A DNA stretch of 63,561 bases, filler included, from Octopus bimaculoides (GCF_001194135.2; 9 parts of 7 records of this genome joined end to end with filler, not necessarily neighbours in it); one strand, 5' to 3'. Shown: positions 38,137 through 50,535, numbered from the whole stretch's first letter. The notes: generated by a model from the sequence alone, not told the origin. A program made the numbers and translations.

Positions 38137-38659
38137 ATAAACTGGACTTCCCCATTTTTAATATATACTGCTGTACATCTTAGAGTCTGCTTCTTCTTTC
38201 AGATTTATGTTTTCTACAAACGATATATGTATATATATATAAATATGTATACATATATGTATACACATACATACATATTCACATATACATATACATATAT
38301 ACATACATACATACATACATACATANNNNNNNNNNNNNNNNNNNNNNNNNNNNNNNNNNNNNNNNNNNNNNNNNNNNNNNNNNNNNNNNNNNNNNNNNNN
38401 NNNNNNNNNNNNNNNNNNNNNNNNNNNNNNNNNNNNNNNNNNNNNNNNNNNNNNNNNNNNNNNNNNNNNNNNNNNNNNNNNNNNNNNNNNNNNNNNNNNN
38501 NNNNNNNNNNNNNNNNNNNNNNNNNNNNNNNNNNNNNNNNNNNNNNNNNNNNNNNNNNNNNNNNNNNNNNNNNNNNNNNNNNNNNNNNNNNNNNNNNNNN
38601 NNNNNNNNNNNNNNNNNNNNNNNNNNNNNNNNNNNNNNNNNNNNNNNNNNNNNNNNNNN

Positions 38660-38696
<37 letters not shown>

Positions 38697-39688
38697 TATA
38701 TACATACATGGTTCTCTAGCATGATCGTAGCCGCATGGCTGAGACGAGCAAAAGAGTAAAACAATACATATATATACACACACATAGACACACATAATGT
38801 ATATATGTATGTATGTATGTATTATGTGTATATGCATGTCTTCAATGTACATAGTTAATGTATTTTAATATACTTGAAACTCGCGCCCTGACTCGCAGGG
38901 TTGTAGGGCTCACAACAGCCACATAAAATGGGTTCAAGTTGAGTATTTGTTAGTGGTATGAGAGGTATCAGGGAAATGGCAATAACAGAGCTTCGATGCG
39001 GCTGCACGGGAAGCTAGAAACAGTGACCAATCTTCCTTCAAACAACGTCACGAGGTGTACATTAAATAATGTACATTGGGTTCCATGAAATCTGAAAAGA
39101 CAGGATGATCGTAGCTGGAACTCTCTCAGTTCACTCCTTAATCATCTTGAAAAGAAAGGACACATTAGATAATGTAGTCCAAGATAGAATATGCCTGTAA
39201 ACGAAACAAAGGATGGTCATGGCCTGAAGACAAGAGATAAGTTATGTAGTGTAGTCTTAGATGGATGTCAGACAAACGCAAATTAGAATGATTTCGTTTG
39301 GAATTATTTCTGGTTGCACGATTAGGCCTGACCTCGGGGTTAAACACCAACAACCTTATCAACAACGCCTAGGTGTGTGGGGGGGGGGGTATATTTCTGT
39401 CTCTTTATTTCCCAGAATTCGTTGTAGTTTTTTAAAATTTTTATTTGTTTTCGGTTTTTATTTTCTGTGTTTTTTACTTCCTGTGTTTCAGCACCAGAAG
39501 CTGAAGAAGATGACGAAAAAGAACGAGGTATCATCTTCTGATTTACTTTTAGACATACATAGAGACATACCGACATTCATACACACCTACACAGACAGAC
39601 ACACACATCTACACACACANNNNNNNNNNNNNNNNNNNNNNNNNNNNNNNNNNNNNNNNNNNNNNNNNNNNNNNNNNNNNNNNNNNNN

Positions 39689-39729
<41 letters not shown>

Positions 39730-40129
39730 ACACACATGCACTTACTCAAACACACACACACACACACACAAACGTCGTAACTTTTAGCGCTGGCTCTAAA
39801 TTCTATAGAATATCTGTAGAGATAACTTAGAACTGATTGAATCCCAAAGCTAACACAAAGGAGTAGGACACAGCATCGACTTATAAAGCTTTTAGTATCT
39901 TATATATACGTGTTAGTATATATAATATACTTGTTAGTATATTGTGGTTGCTAAATGAAATACGGTGCCCCTACAGGCAATTAATAAACATATGGAATTA
40001 TACGTATATATACATACATAGCACACACATATACACACGCACGTACATATACACATATAATGAATTACGTCTTCACAGAACATATTTTGAGAATCCCACA
40101 TATTTTGAGAGTCCCACAGTGAGGTATTG

Positions 40130-40525
40130 GTTTCCAATTTTGGCACAAAGCTAGCACTTTCAGGGAGGGGTTAAGTCGATTACATCGACCCCAGTGTTCA
40201 GCTTGTACTTATTTTATCGACCCCGAAAGATAAAAAGCGAAATCGACCATGACAGTATTTGAACTCAAAACGCGAAGACGGACGACATATCTTTAAGCAT
40301 TTTGCCCGCCATGCTACCGATTCTTCTCTAGGCCCTAAATTTTGGGGGAGGGGGGGGCAGTCGATTAGATCGACCCAGTATGCAACTGGTATTTAATTTA
40401 TCGTCCACCGAGACGATGAGAGGCAAAGTCGACCTCAGCGAAATTTGAACTCAGGACGTAAAGACAGGCTAAATACCGCTAAGCATTTCGCCCGGCATGC
40501 TACCGATTCTGCCAGCTCGCCGCCT
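40130..40525 (-). mobile_element. two tandem SINE family B copies
   Basis: Two reverse-complement units, split near 40325. Confidence 0.85.
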
Positions 40526-40735
40526 TACTACAGTGAAATATTACATTATAATACTTACGGCCAACTTTTAAGTTTGCTCAAACTTCATACTACAAAAGGG
40601 TTTTATCTTACTGTCGCATTTATGAGATGAGTAACCCAAAGATTGATGGCGATAGTGGTGATAGAATTGGTTACGTTGGTAACAGGGGGAGGAGAGAAGT
40701 CATCGTCAGTAACAGTAATGAGGGAGGAGGGAGGC

Positions 40736-40908
40736 TATAAATAACAACCGCTACCTCTTCCTCTCCCTTCTTGGTCAACTTCCAAATTCGCCGCCATATT
40801 CATGTCCTAAAATTGTGTTCAACAATTTTGATTTAGCTCCAATGGGGCGAAAATGATAAGATCAACCAGCTCCCTCGGGGGTGGGCCGCGGTCTGTTCCG
40901 CAGTGAGT
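40736..40908 (+). promoter_or_regulatory. candidate promoter/first exon
   Basis: TATAAA 40736-40741, pyrimidine tract 40755-40770, YY1-type CGCCATATT 40792-40800, CpG-rich patch, donor GCA|GTGAGT 40903-40908. Confidence 0.45.
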
Positions 40909-41027
40909 CAGAAAGAGAACAAAGAGAAAAAAACAATTCAGCGAAAATAAATCCCCAAAACGAGTAAACAAACATGAAAGTTTCTTTAACTGGAGCAGAA
41001 CAAATCACAGCTGGCACGGATAGAACA

Positions 41028-41076
<49 letters not shown>

Positions 41077-41077
<1 letters not shown>

Positions 41078-42439
41078 ATATCGGAATGGAGTTCGGACTG
41101 AGAAAGTGTGGTGTGCTAGTCTTGAAGAGAGGAAAAATCTAATGTATGGACGGGCTAACGATACCGTCGGGGGAGGTTATGAAGCAAATAGAAGAGACGG
41201 GATATAAGTACTTGGGGATACTGGAAATGGATAAATTGATGGAGAAAGAAATGATAGAAAAATTTAAGGTGGAGTACTTGCGCAGACTGAGACTGATCCT
41301 TGGTCGAAATTAAACGGACGGAATAAGATCGAAGCTATCAACACCTGGGCGGTTTCACTCCTTAGATATGGAGCAGGGGTAATCGCATGGACAGTAGACG
41401 AACTAAACAGTTTAGACAGAAAGACAAGGAAGTTGCTAACTAGATATGGGTCACTCCACCCAAAAAGTGACACAGACAGACGGTATGTACCAAGAAAAAG
41501 AGGACGAAGAGGACTTACTGGATGCAAACACAGCATTAGAGCAGAAGAAAACAACATAGCATGGTATGTAAAAGATGCCACAGAACCGCTATGGTTAGAA
41601 GTAAGAAGGTCGGGCTTGTGTAGGATGTAAGACTGCAAAGATAAAGCACGATACAAGAAACTGAAAATAGGTGGGTAAAGAAAAGAATGATGGTCAATTT
41701 CATAAGGATGTTGAAGATAAGAGAGACAGAGAAACAAGATGGCTGTGGGTGACTAAAAGTGATTTAAAACCGGAAACGGAGGCTCTAATCTGTGCTGCCC
41801 AAGAATAAGCACTAAGAACAAACTACATAAAATACAGAACAGACAACAGAGCAGAAAGTGATAAGTGCAGAATCTGTGGACAAAACGGTGAAACCGTATG
41901 GAATATTACCAGCCAATGTAGGCCACGAGCCCAGAAGGAATATAAGAGACGCCGCGACAATGTAGCAAGGCTTGTCCATTGGACACTCAGCAACAAGTAT
42001 GGACTTGACAGAGAAGAAAATTGGTACGACCGCAAACCTGAAGGCATCGTCGAAAATGGAAATGCAAAGATCCTATGGGATTTGATGATTCATTGCGACC
42101 ATGAGATAGAGAATAGGAAGCCAGACATAGTCTTAATTGAGAAAGAAAACAAACTATGCTGGATCATAGATATAGCATGCCCAGCTGACAACAAGGTATG
42201 TGATGAGGAAGAAAGAAAAGTCCAGAGATATGACAGGTTAGCTTGGGAAGTTAATCAGTTGTGGTCGATGAAAAAGGTGGCAGTAGTAACAATAATTGTT
42301 GGATCCCTGGGAACAGGGAACAAATAGGGGCTGCAATAAAGGTGGAGCAAAAAACAGTCCTGCTTGGAACCGCTCGAATACTCCGGAAGGTGTTCGAAAA
42401 ATAAGAGTTGTCACCTTAGTTCACTGGTAGTGAACAGCT
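41077..42439 (+). pseudogene. R4/Dong-like retrotransposon, 5'-truncated (RT end, CCHC, REL, 3' UTR)
   Basis: IGMEFGLRKCGVL, YKYLGILE, AINTWAV, GLTGCK, ETEALICAAQE, CRICG..ET.W.I.SQC, NRKPDIVLIEK, IDIACP; begins directly after (AAT)n 41028-41076. Confidence 0.92.
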
Positions 42440-42539
42440 NNNNNNNNNNNNNNNNNNNNNNNNNNNNNNNNNNNNNNNNNNNNTTAATTAATTAANNNNN
42501 NNNNNNNNNNNNNNNNNNNNNNNNNNNNNNNNNNNNNNN

Positions 42540-42946
42540 GAGGTATTAACAGTAACTGCACGACAAGGTGAAGTATATTTGCCATTTAAATGTAGCTGAC
42601 CCCTAAAGGTGGATGTTACTGTTGCTTTTAGCCCCAGGAGAACATCTGTGTCCTGTCTGTATTTGCAAAGGGGAAGTTATCTTTCCCATCTTGATCTGCG
42701 ATACGTACGGACTCGAGTTTCTGGGTATTTTCCCATCCTCAGCGTACGACAATCGCCGACCTTCGATGCGAAAGATATTCCTTTGCAAATATATGAGGCT
42801 TTTTCCAGTGAAATTATTCACTGATAGCCAGCTGGAGGAGATGTTCTCCTGGGGCTAAAAGCAACAGTAACATCCACCCTTAAGGGTCAGCCACATTTAA
42901 GTGGCAAATATACTTCACCTTGTCGTGCAGTTACTGTTAATACCTC
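42540..42946. mobile_element. fold-back element: 108-bp inverted arms enclosing an imperfect hairpin with a central HHR
   Basis: 42540-42647 vs 42839-42946, four mismatches by eye; inner pairs ATTTGCAAAG/CTTTGCAAAT and TATCTTT/AAAGATA; left arm abuts a gap. Confidence 0.85.
42698..42756 (-). ncRNA. canonical type-I hammerhead ribozyme
   Basis: Minus strand: GCGAT tgt CGTACG CTGAGGA TGGG aaaata CCCA GAAAC TCGA GTC CGTACG t ATCGC; all core nucleotides present, GUC site. Confidence 0.88.
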
Positions 42947-42974
42947 GTTCAGAGATTTAACATTGCTTGTTTTC

Positions 42975-43317
42975 ACTTTTTCGAGATCAGTGACCAATTC
43001 TGTAGGTTTTTACTCCGCACAAAATGCTTTGCAATGTTTGTTTTTGAAAGTAGTGGTTTTCTGATTGCAGCCCTCCCGTGAAATCCAGCTTTGTGCAGTT
43101 TCTGGCAAGCAGTTTTTTGTGGAAACTGGATTCTCGAGGTGGTCATTAAGCTCTGCAGTAATTTTGGGAGATGAACTTTTGTGATCCTTTCTAACAATTC
43201 GTGTAAGAGTCTGACGGTCCCTATCTGAAAGTTTTGATTTTTTAACAGAGTTTTGTTTCGACAAAAGCTTTCCCTCTTTCTCAAAGGCTGTCATTGCTTT
43301 CGAGACAGTACTTCTTT
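42975..43317 (-). pseudogene. Tc1-like transposase N-terminal (HTH) fragment
   Basis: RSTVSK..KLSDRDRQTLTRIVRKDH..ITAELN..PVST..LHKAGFHGRAAIRKPLLS. Confidence 0.88.
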
Positions 43318-44459
43318 NNNNNNNNNNNNNNNNNNNNNNNNNNNNNNNNNNNNNNNNNNNNNNNNNNNNNNNNNNNNNNNNNNNNNNNNNNNNNNNNNNN
43401 NNNNNNNNNNNNNNNGATGATGATGATGATGAGGAGGAGGAGGAGGAGGGTGATGGTGATGGTGATACTGACAATGGTTGATTGATTGCTTGTTTGAGTG
43501 TCTGCATCTTTGAAATTAAGGAATATTAAAAGACCTCATATTTTTTTATATTGGCAAAGCTTTTAATGGCATCTACTGAATGTTTTTAGTATTTGGATTT
43601 GATCTCTCATCCATAGACATAATCCTCCTATGAGTCACTGAAGCTCTGAAAAGAACTGAATGTGCTGCTTTACTTCTTTTGACTTAATCATCAAAATAAT
43701 GATAATATAAATTGCTATTGTTTAAGCTTGTTGTATTTTGGGAGGATCATAATGCTAATAACAAACATATTTACTGGTTCAGTTTCATTTCTTTTATTAT
43801 TATTATTAATTTACCATTTAACGATTATCCAACTGATTGTTTGATTGATCCTTTTTAACTGATTGATTGACCAAATGATTAATCAAACAATCAGTTAAAG
43901 GATGAACTATTTGACAATAATAAAAGAGGTAAACTAGAATGAGAGCTTGTGCTTATTATTGGCATAATGACACTCCTGAGATACGACAACATGTTTCAAT
44001 ACTCAAGTTCACATCAAGAATCTTGCAACCCATATACAAAAATTAAACCGCGGGTAAAAATCATTATCTATGTGATCCTTGCCTTACATGTGATATATAG
44101 AGAAAAATATTATGCCATTTATATCTAAATTAATTAAGATACTAAAATATTGTCTTAGGACCCTGTGATAAAATTAGAAATGAAGCTTAGAAGCTGACAT
44201 GTTAAAACCAGCTGGTGAAAGCAACAGACATGTTTTGGTTTTATTTGATCTCCTCAGTGAAATATATTCTGTTCAGTTGGGAAAACTAAGAGAGATCAAT
44301 ATATATTGACTCTGATAATGAATTTCAACAATATGATTGAATGTAAATATTAATGGAAAGTATTCTGCATACTAAATATGTATTTGATATAGTAAGCTGA
44401 TAAATTACAGATGAAATTATCCAAATAGTTGACAAAAGAAATACAATATTTCTTACATA

Positions 44460-44735
44460 TTGGTGGCTAGCTCCTGCCATGTGGTTGCAGTCATGCTGGA
44501 GTTCCTAAAATAGATTCAAATTGTTAATATGTTGGGCAAAAAGCTTGACAGCTTTTATTCTGACTTCTTATGTTCTAAGTTCAAATATCTGGCCAGGTAG
44601 ACTTTGCTTTCATCCTTTAGGAGCTGATAAAATAAGTACCAGTTGAGATAAGGGTTAGGATGGGTGTGACTTACTCACTTTGCAGTAATTGGCTTACCCT
44701 CTCTGCTGGCCTTGTGCCAAAATTAGAAAGAATTA
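44460..44735 (+). mobile_element. SINE family B, CpG-eroded
   Basis: GGTAGACTTTGCTTTCATCCTTTAGGAGCTGATAAAATAAGTACCAGTTGAG. Confidence 0.65.
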
Positions 44736-45444
44736 TTTTCCTGCATTTACGTTTTTGTTAACATTGCTTTAAATGTTTTTCTTTTAATTTATCTAACGGA
44801 ATGGATGGAGGTGTATACATTTTTAGGTGGTAGCTGTAACACATCATATAGTTTATTACCACCAGCTGGTTCATTCATGTCTTTAGCAGAATCCACTCTG
44901 TTGCAAGCATTCCAACCCATTATATTTCCTTGCAAGTGTTCTAGCTGGGCATTGACCATGATGACTGACCTCCAAATTTCAGTTTCTGCACTTTATCATC
45001 TGATTGAATTAATAAAACATCAAATCTAACATTATTTGTTATTGCTGTTTTTACATAATTTCAAAATATTTCATTTCATTTTTATTGTTATTGCCTCTTA
45101 GATGTTCTCATTCAGAATATATTTTCTTGATGACTATATTTTTTTTTATCATGGAAACCATAATAGTGTAACTCTTTTAATACTAATCCATACAAGACTA
45201 TTAAAATATTTGTATTTAAATTAAAATCTGTAGGTGCAAACGTGACTGTGTGGTTAAAATATTTGCTTCCCAACCACTTGGTTTCATGTTCAATCCCACC
45301 GCATAGCATTTGGGACAAGTGTTTCTAACTGGGGCAACTAATGCCTTATGAGTGAATTTTGTTGTTGAAAACTCTGTAGAATACCATCATATACACATAC
45401 ATAAATACACACACATATAATATAAACATATTCATATATAACTG

Positions 45445-45840
45445 TAGGTCTGGCTGTGTGGTAAGAAGCTTGCTTCCAACCACACGGTTCCAGGTTCAGT
45501 CCCATTACATGGACAAGTCTCTTCTACTATAGCCTCAGGCTGACCAGGGTCTTGTGAGTGGAATTGGTAGATGGAAACTGAGAGAAGCTTGTTATATATA
45601 TATATATATTTATATGTTTGTGTCTTTGATTGTCCCCCATGATCATCACTTGACAACCGATATTAATGTGTTTACATCCCTGTAACTTAGTGGCTCGGCA
45701 AAAGAAACTGATAGAATAAGTAATAGGCTTACAAAGAATAAGTCCTGGGGTTGATTTCTTTGACTAAAACCCCTGAAGGTGGTGCTTCAATGGCCACAGT
45801 CAGATGACTGAAACAAGTAAAAGAATAAAAGAATATATAT
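45445..45840 (+). mobile_element. OR-like CORE-SINE, full length, CpG-eroded, with internal (TA)n/(TG)n
   Basis: tRNA-like head, core remnant CAAGTCTTCTACTATAGCCTC, internal microsatellite, ..GACTGAAACAAGTAAAAGAAT tail. Confidence 0.85.
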
Positions 45841-46396
45841 GTATGTGTGTCTATGTGTACATGTGAGTGTATTACAGAAAGATATCAAACTGACAGTCTT
45901 GTTAGAGCATCTGGTGGTAGGTTTACATTGATTAATATTGGCTTTCAGGCTTACGTTGGTTAACATTGGCTTTCATCTTTGGGGGCGGGGTCAATAGATA
46001 ACGTACTACTCAAATACTGGGGTTGATTTTTACCCTTTTACTTTCTCTTTGGATTGCAGATGTAATTCAAAGCTACAACCTTGTGTTATGATAATTCAAC
46101 CAGAGAACTGACTCTGGAATACTCAGTCACTTACATATCAAATTCTCAAAGCACAGGCATGGTTGTGTGGTTGAAAAACTATCTTTACATCCACGTGACT
46201 TTAGGTTCACTCTCACTGCGTAGCACCTTGTGCATGTGTTTTGAACTGTAGTCATGGGCTAACAAATTCCTTGTGAGTGAAGTTGGTGACAGAAACTGTG
46301 TGCAAGGCCATTGTGTGTGTGTGCATGCGTTTATGTGTGTGTGTGTGTGTGGGTTTGGGTTTGTATATATATACATATATATATATGTGTGTGTGT

Positions 46397-46437
<41 letters not shown>

Positions 46438-46898
46438 TGTGTGTGGGTGTGTGTGTGTGTGGAACTGAAGGGTCCCACCCACTCTGGATTGAGTTGCTGT
46501 CTCACAGACTTTGATATATTTTATGTTATTTTGTTCTAAACCAGTGGAATTTAATGAGCTTTCTGCAATCAGGGAGGATGGGAATCTTAGTTTACACGAT
46601 GCCATTTTTTTTTTCCTGTTCCATTTTTTGCACCTACTTCCTTCATGTTTTTTCCACATTCTTTTCTTTTTTGCGTATTTTCTTACTGTCCAGCTTCCTT
46701 GTTTTTAAAATATGTATAACACATAAACAGAGCCTGAAAGATTGCTTTATGATACACAGCGTATTTTAAAAATATACCCATTCAAATATCATAATAGCAT
46801 GAAACTATCAGTAACTCTTTCGTTTGTGTATCTAAATTGATATTTATCTCTCACTGGATGAAGTACTGTTTTTTGTTGATTCTACTTGAATTGGATTT

Positions 46899-46931
<33 letters not shown>

Positions 46932-46942
46932 GTATGTATATA

Positions 46943-47299
46943 TCATCATCGTTTAACGTCCACTTTCCATGCTAGCATAGGTTGGACGATTTGACTGAGG
47001 ACTAGTGAACCAGATGGCTACACCAAGCTCCAATCTGATTTGGCAGATTTTCTACAGCTGGATGCCCTTCCTAACGCCAACCACTCTGAGAGTGTAGTGG
47101 GTGCTTTTATGTGCCACCGGCACAAAGGCCAATCAGGCGGTACTGGCAACAGCCATGCTCAAATGGTGTATTTTACATGCCACCTGCACAAGAGCCAGTC
47201 CAGCAGCACTGGCAATGATCTCACTCGAAAGTCTTTACACGTGCCACAGGCACAAGTGCCAGAAAGGTGACGCTGGGCACAGGTGCCATCACGATTTCG

Positions 47300-47300
<1 letters not shown>
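46943..47300 (-). mobile_element. SINE-like family D with (GAT)n tail and internal ~52-bp tandem repeats
   Basis: CATCATCGTTTAACGTCC..CTACAGCTGGATGCC; repeated GTGCCAC.GGCACA units; second copy at 57619. Confidence 0.7.
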
Positions 47301-47337
<37 letters not shown>

Positions 47338-47728
47338 CATATATAGCCTAAGCAAGATGGGTCAATATACAGTAGAGGAAAACTATCTGTTCAAATCTTT
47401 AGCGGAATGACATCCAGCATATCAGATTTCTAATCCAGGCTATCTATGACACTCTGTCAAGTCCCAAAAACCTTTATACTCAGAGCAGGAATGAAACATC
47501 ATCTTGTGCTTTGAATGCTAAAAGAGGATCCTTTTCAACATCACCTCAGTGGCTGCTCCGAACCCTAAGCTGATGACAGAGGCAGTTGTGGAGGTGATAT
47601 CAACAGTCATTCACTCTAGTAAATATCATCCCAAGAAAGAGGCCATCACTTTCTCCCTATAACCCCAGAAAAATCACTGACAATGGATCCCAGTCTATCA
47701 TCAAACTAAACTATATCCCTCTCTCTGT

Positions 47729-47778
<50 letters not shown>

Positions 47779-48750
47779 GTCTGTCACTCCCTCTCTCTCC
47801 CTCTCTGTATCCCTCTCTCTCTCTCACTCATATATATANNNNNNNNNNNNNNNNNNNNNNNNNNNNNNNNNNNNNNNNNNNNNNNNNNNNNNNNNNNNNN
47901 NNNNNNNNNNNNNNNNNNNNNNNNNNNNNNNNNNNNNNNNNNNNNNNNNNNNNNNNNNNNNNNNNNNNNNNNNNNNNNNNNNNNNNNNNNNNNNNNNNNN
48001 NNNNNNNNNNNNNNNNNNNNNNNNNNNNNNNNNNNNNNNNNNNNNNNNNNNNNNNNNNNNNNNNNNNNNNNNNNNNNNNNNNNNNNNNNNNNNNNNNNNN
48101 NNNNNNNNNNNNNNNNNNNNNNNNNNNNNNNNNNNNNNNNNNNNNNNNNNNNNNNNNNNNNNNNNNNNNNNNNNNNNNNNNNNNNNNNNNNNNNNNNNNN
48201 NNNNNNNNNNNNNNNNNNNNNNNNNNNNNNNNNNNNNNNNNNNNNNNNNNNNNNNNNNNNNNNNNNNNNNNNNNNNNNNNNNNNNNNNNNNNNNNNNNNN
48301 NNNNNNNNNNNNNNNNNNNNNNNNNNNNNNNNNNNNNNNNNNNNNNNNNNNNNNNNNNNNNNNNNNNNNNNNNNNNNNNNNNNNNNNNNNNNNNNNNNNN
48401 NNNNNNNNNNNNNNNNNNNNNNNNNNNNNNNNNNNNNNNNNNNNNNNNNNNNNNNNNNNNNNNNNNNNNNNNNNNNNNNNNNNNNNNNNNNNNNNNNNNN
48501 NNNNNNNNNNNNNNNNNNNNNNNNNNNNNNNNNNNNNNNNNNNNNNNNNNNNNNNNNNNNNNNNNNNNNNNNNNNNNNNNNNNNNNNNNNNNNNNNNNNN
48601 NNNNNNNNNNNNNNNNNNNNNNNNNNNNNNNNNNNNNNNNNNNNNNNNNNNNNNNNNNNNNNNNNNNNNNNNNNNNNNNNNNNNNNNNNNNNNNNNNNNN
48701 NNNNNNNNNNNNNNNNNNNNNNNNNNNNNNNNNNNNNNNNNNNNCCCTAA

Positions 48751-48819
<69 letters not shown>

Positions 48820-48867
48820 CGTATGTATGCATGTATGTATGTATGTGTGTGTATGTGAGTGTGTTTA

Positions 48868-48908
<41 letters not shown>

Positions 48909-49114
48909 TGATTTTTGCTTGGTAATGTAGAAAATCTGTATATTTCAGGGAATGTGGTGTTAATAGTATCACCAATAACTAATAGCAACATGTACTTGCA
49001 ATAAGAAAAAATAAGAGAATCATGGGTGCACTCAATCAAGGAAAACCTTGGGTTAAACAACAATAACAACAGCAGTAACAATGAGCACATGTGTGAATCA
49101 CTATCGCCAACACT

Positions 49115-49290
49115 GCTAGAAGCAGCAGCCAAGCCTCCATCAAATCACACCCTCCTATCTTAAAATAAAAGTGAAAAACTCATTGGTTAAAATAGTTTAT
49201 GCTGTCTAAAGAGACAGTAGAGTTATGGTTGGAATGCTTTTGATCATAGCTCTGCTCAGTTAGGGTTGACCTGGGGCTAAGGAATAACAA
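49115..49290 (+). mobile_element. SINE-like family C 3' region (related pieces near 10510-10550 minus, 31810-31845, 39010-39240, 63105-63140)
   Basis: GCTAGAA..GCAGCCAA..TGATCATAG.TCTGCT..TGACCTGGGGCTAA. Confidence 0.6.
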
Positions 49291-49310
49291 CAGCAATGAA
49301 GCAACCTTTG

Positions 49311-49492
49311 CAGCAGTGTTAGCAACACAGGCTGGCAGCAGTGTAAGAAACATAAACTAACAGCAGTGTTAGCAACACAGGCTGGCAGCAGTGTAAGAAA
49401 CATAAACTAACAGCAGTGTTAGCAACACAGGCTGGCAGCAGTATAAGAAACATAAACTAACAGCAGTGTTAGCAACACAGGCTGGTGGCAGC
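49311..49492 (+). repeat. 50-bp tandem repeat, about 3.6 copies
   Basis: CAGCAGTGTTAGCAACACAGGCTGGCAGCAGTGTAAGAAACATAAACTAA starting at 49311, 49361, 49411 and (partial) 49461. Confidence 0.95.
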
Positions 49493-49809
49493 ATTAGTGA
49501 CATAGGTTGGCTGTAGTTTATTAATCAACAACAGTAGCAACAGTGATAATCTTTATCATGAAGCAACAGCAAATATAACAGCAGTATTAGCAACACACAA
49601 CAACAGCATGCTTGGTAAATGCATCAGTTGTATTAAGCTTAAGAAGTACAGATACAATAGCTGCAGCAGGAGAATCAACAGTAATGGTAGCAAAGTTAGC
49701 ACATATACACAACAGAACACTACTTAGAAAAACATTAGCAACAGTAACAATTACTTTCAGATAAAAGATACGGTAATTACATCCGATAGGAAAAGTAGCG
49801 ACAGCAGTA

Positions 49810-50275
49810 ATATTCTTTTCTACTCTAGGCACAAGGCCCGAAATTTTTGAGGTTACTGGGGCAAAGTGAATTTTGGTGGGAGTGGGCCAGTCGATTAGAT
49901 TGACCCCAGAACACAACTGGTACTTAGTTTATCGATCCCAGAAGGATGAAAGGCAAAGTCAACTGCACCGGAATTTGAACTTAGAACGTAAAGACAAACA
50001 AAATACCGCTAAGAATTTCGCCTGGTGTGCTAATGTTTCCTATTTCTTTATTGCTCATAAGGGGCTAAACATAGAGGGGACAAACAAGGACAGACAAAGA
50101 GATTAAGTCGATTACATCGACCCCAGCGTGTAATTGGTGCTTAATTTATTGATCCCGAAAGGATCAAAGATAAAGTCGACCTCGGCAGAATTTGAACTCA
50201 GAACATAACGGCAGGCAAAATACCACTAAGCATTTTGCCTGGCATGCTAACGTTTCTGCCAGCTCGCCGCCTTAA
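49810..50275 (-). mobile_element. two SINE family B copies
   Basis: Reverse-complement units at ~49810-50035 and ~50100-50275. Confidence 0.85.
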
Positions 50276-50535
50276 CAACAGTGGTAATATTAGCAAATCA
50301 CAGTAGTAAACTAGTAATAACAACATCAACAACTGTTGTATGTAACTACAATTTAAATTAACAACATCGAACAGCAAGAACAGAATCAACAGTAAAATTG
50401 GCAATGTTAGCACATATACACAACANNNNNNNNNNNNNNNNNNNNNNNNNNNNNNNNNNNNNNNNNNNNTTAATTAATTAANNNNNNNNNNNNNNNNNNN
50501 NNNNNNNNNNNNNNNNNNNNNNNNNTATATATATG

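Larger units (their letters stand above)
37175..38163. mobile_element. Penelope-like element: inverted, head-to-head GIY-YIG C-terminus/pLTR copies
   Basis: Arms ~37175-37540 and ~37789-38163; both encode NGT.RCKLC..E.ARIL...GNILNSR.E.FG.C..FRRF; HHR in each arm. Confidence 0.88.

Noticed and set aside
25726-49492. CRISPR-like arrays (25726, 36538, 49311)
   Set aside because: No unique spacers, eukaryotic context and no cas genes; these are simple tandem repeats
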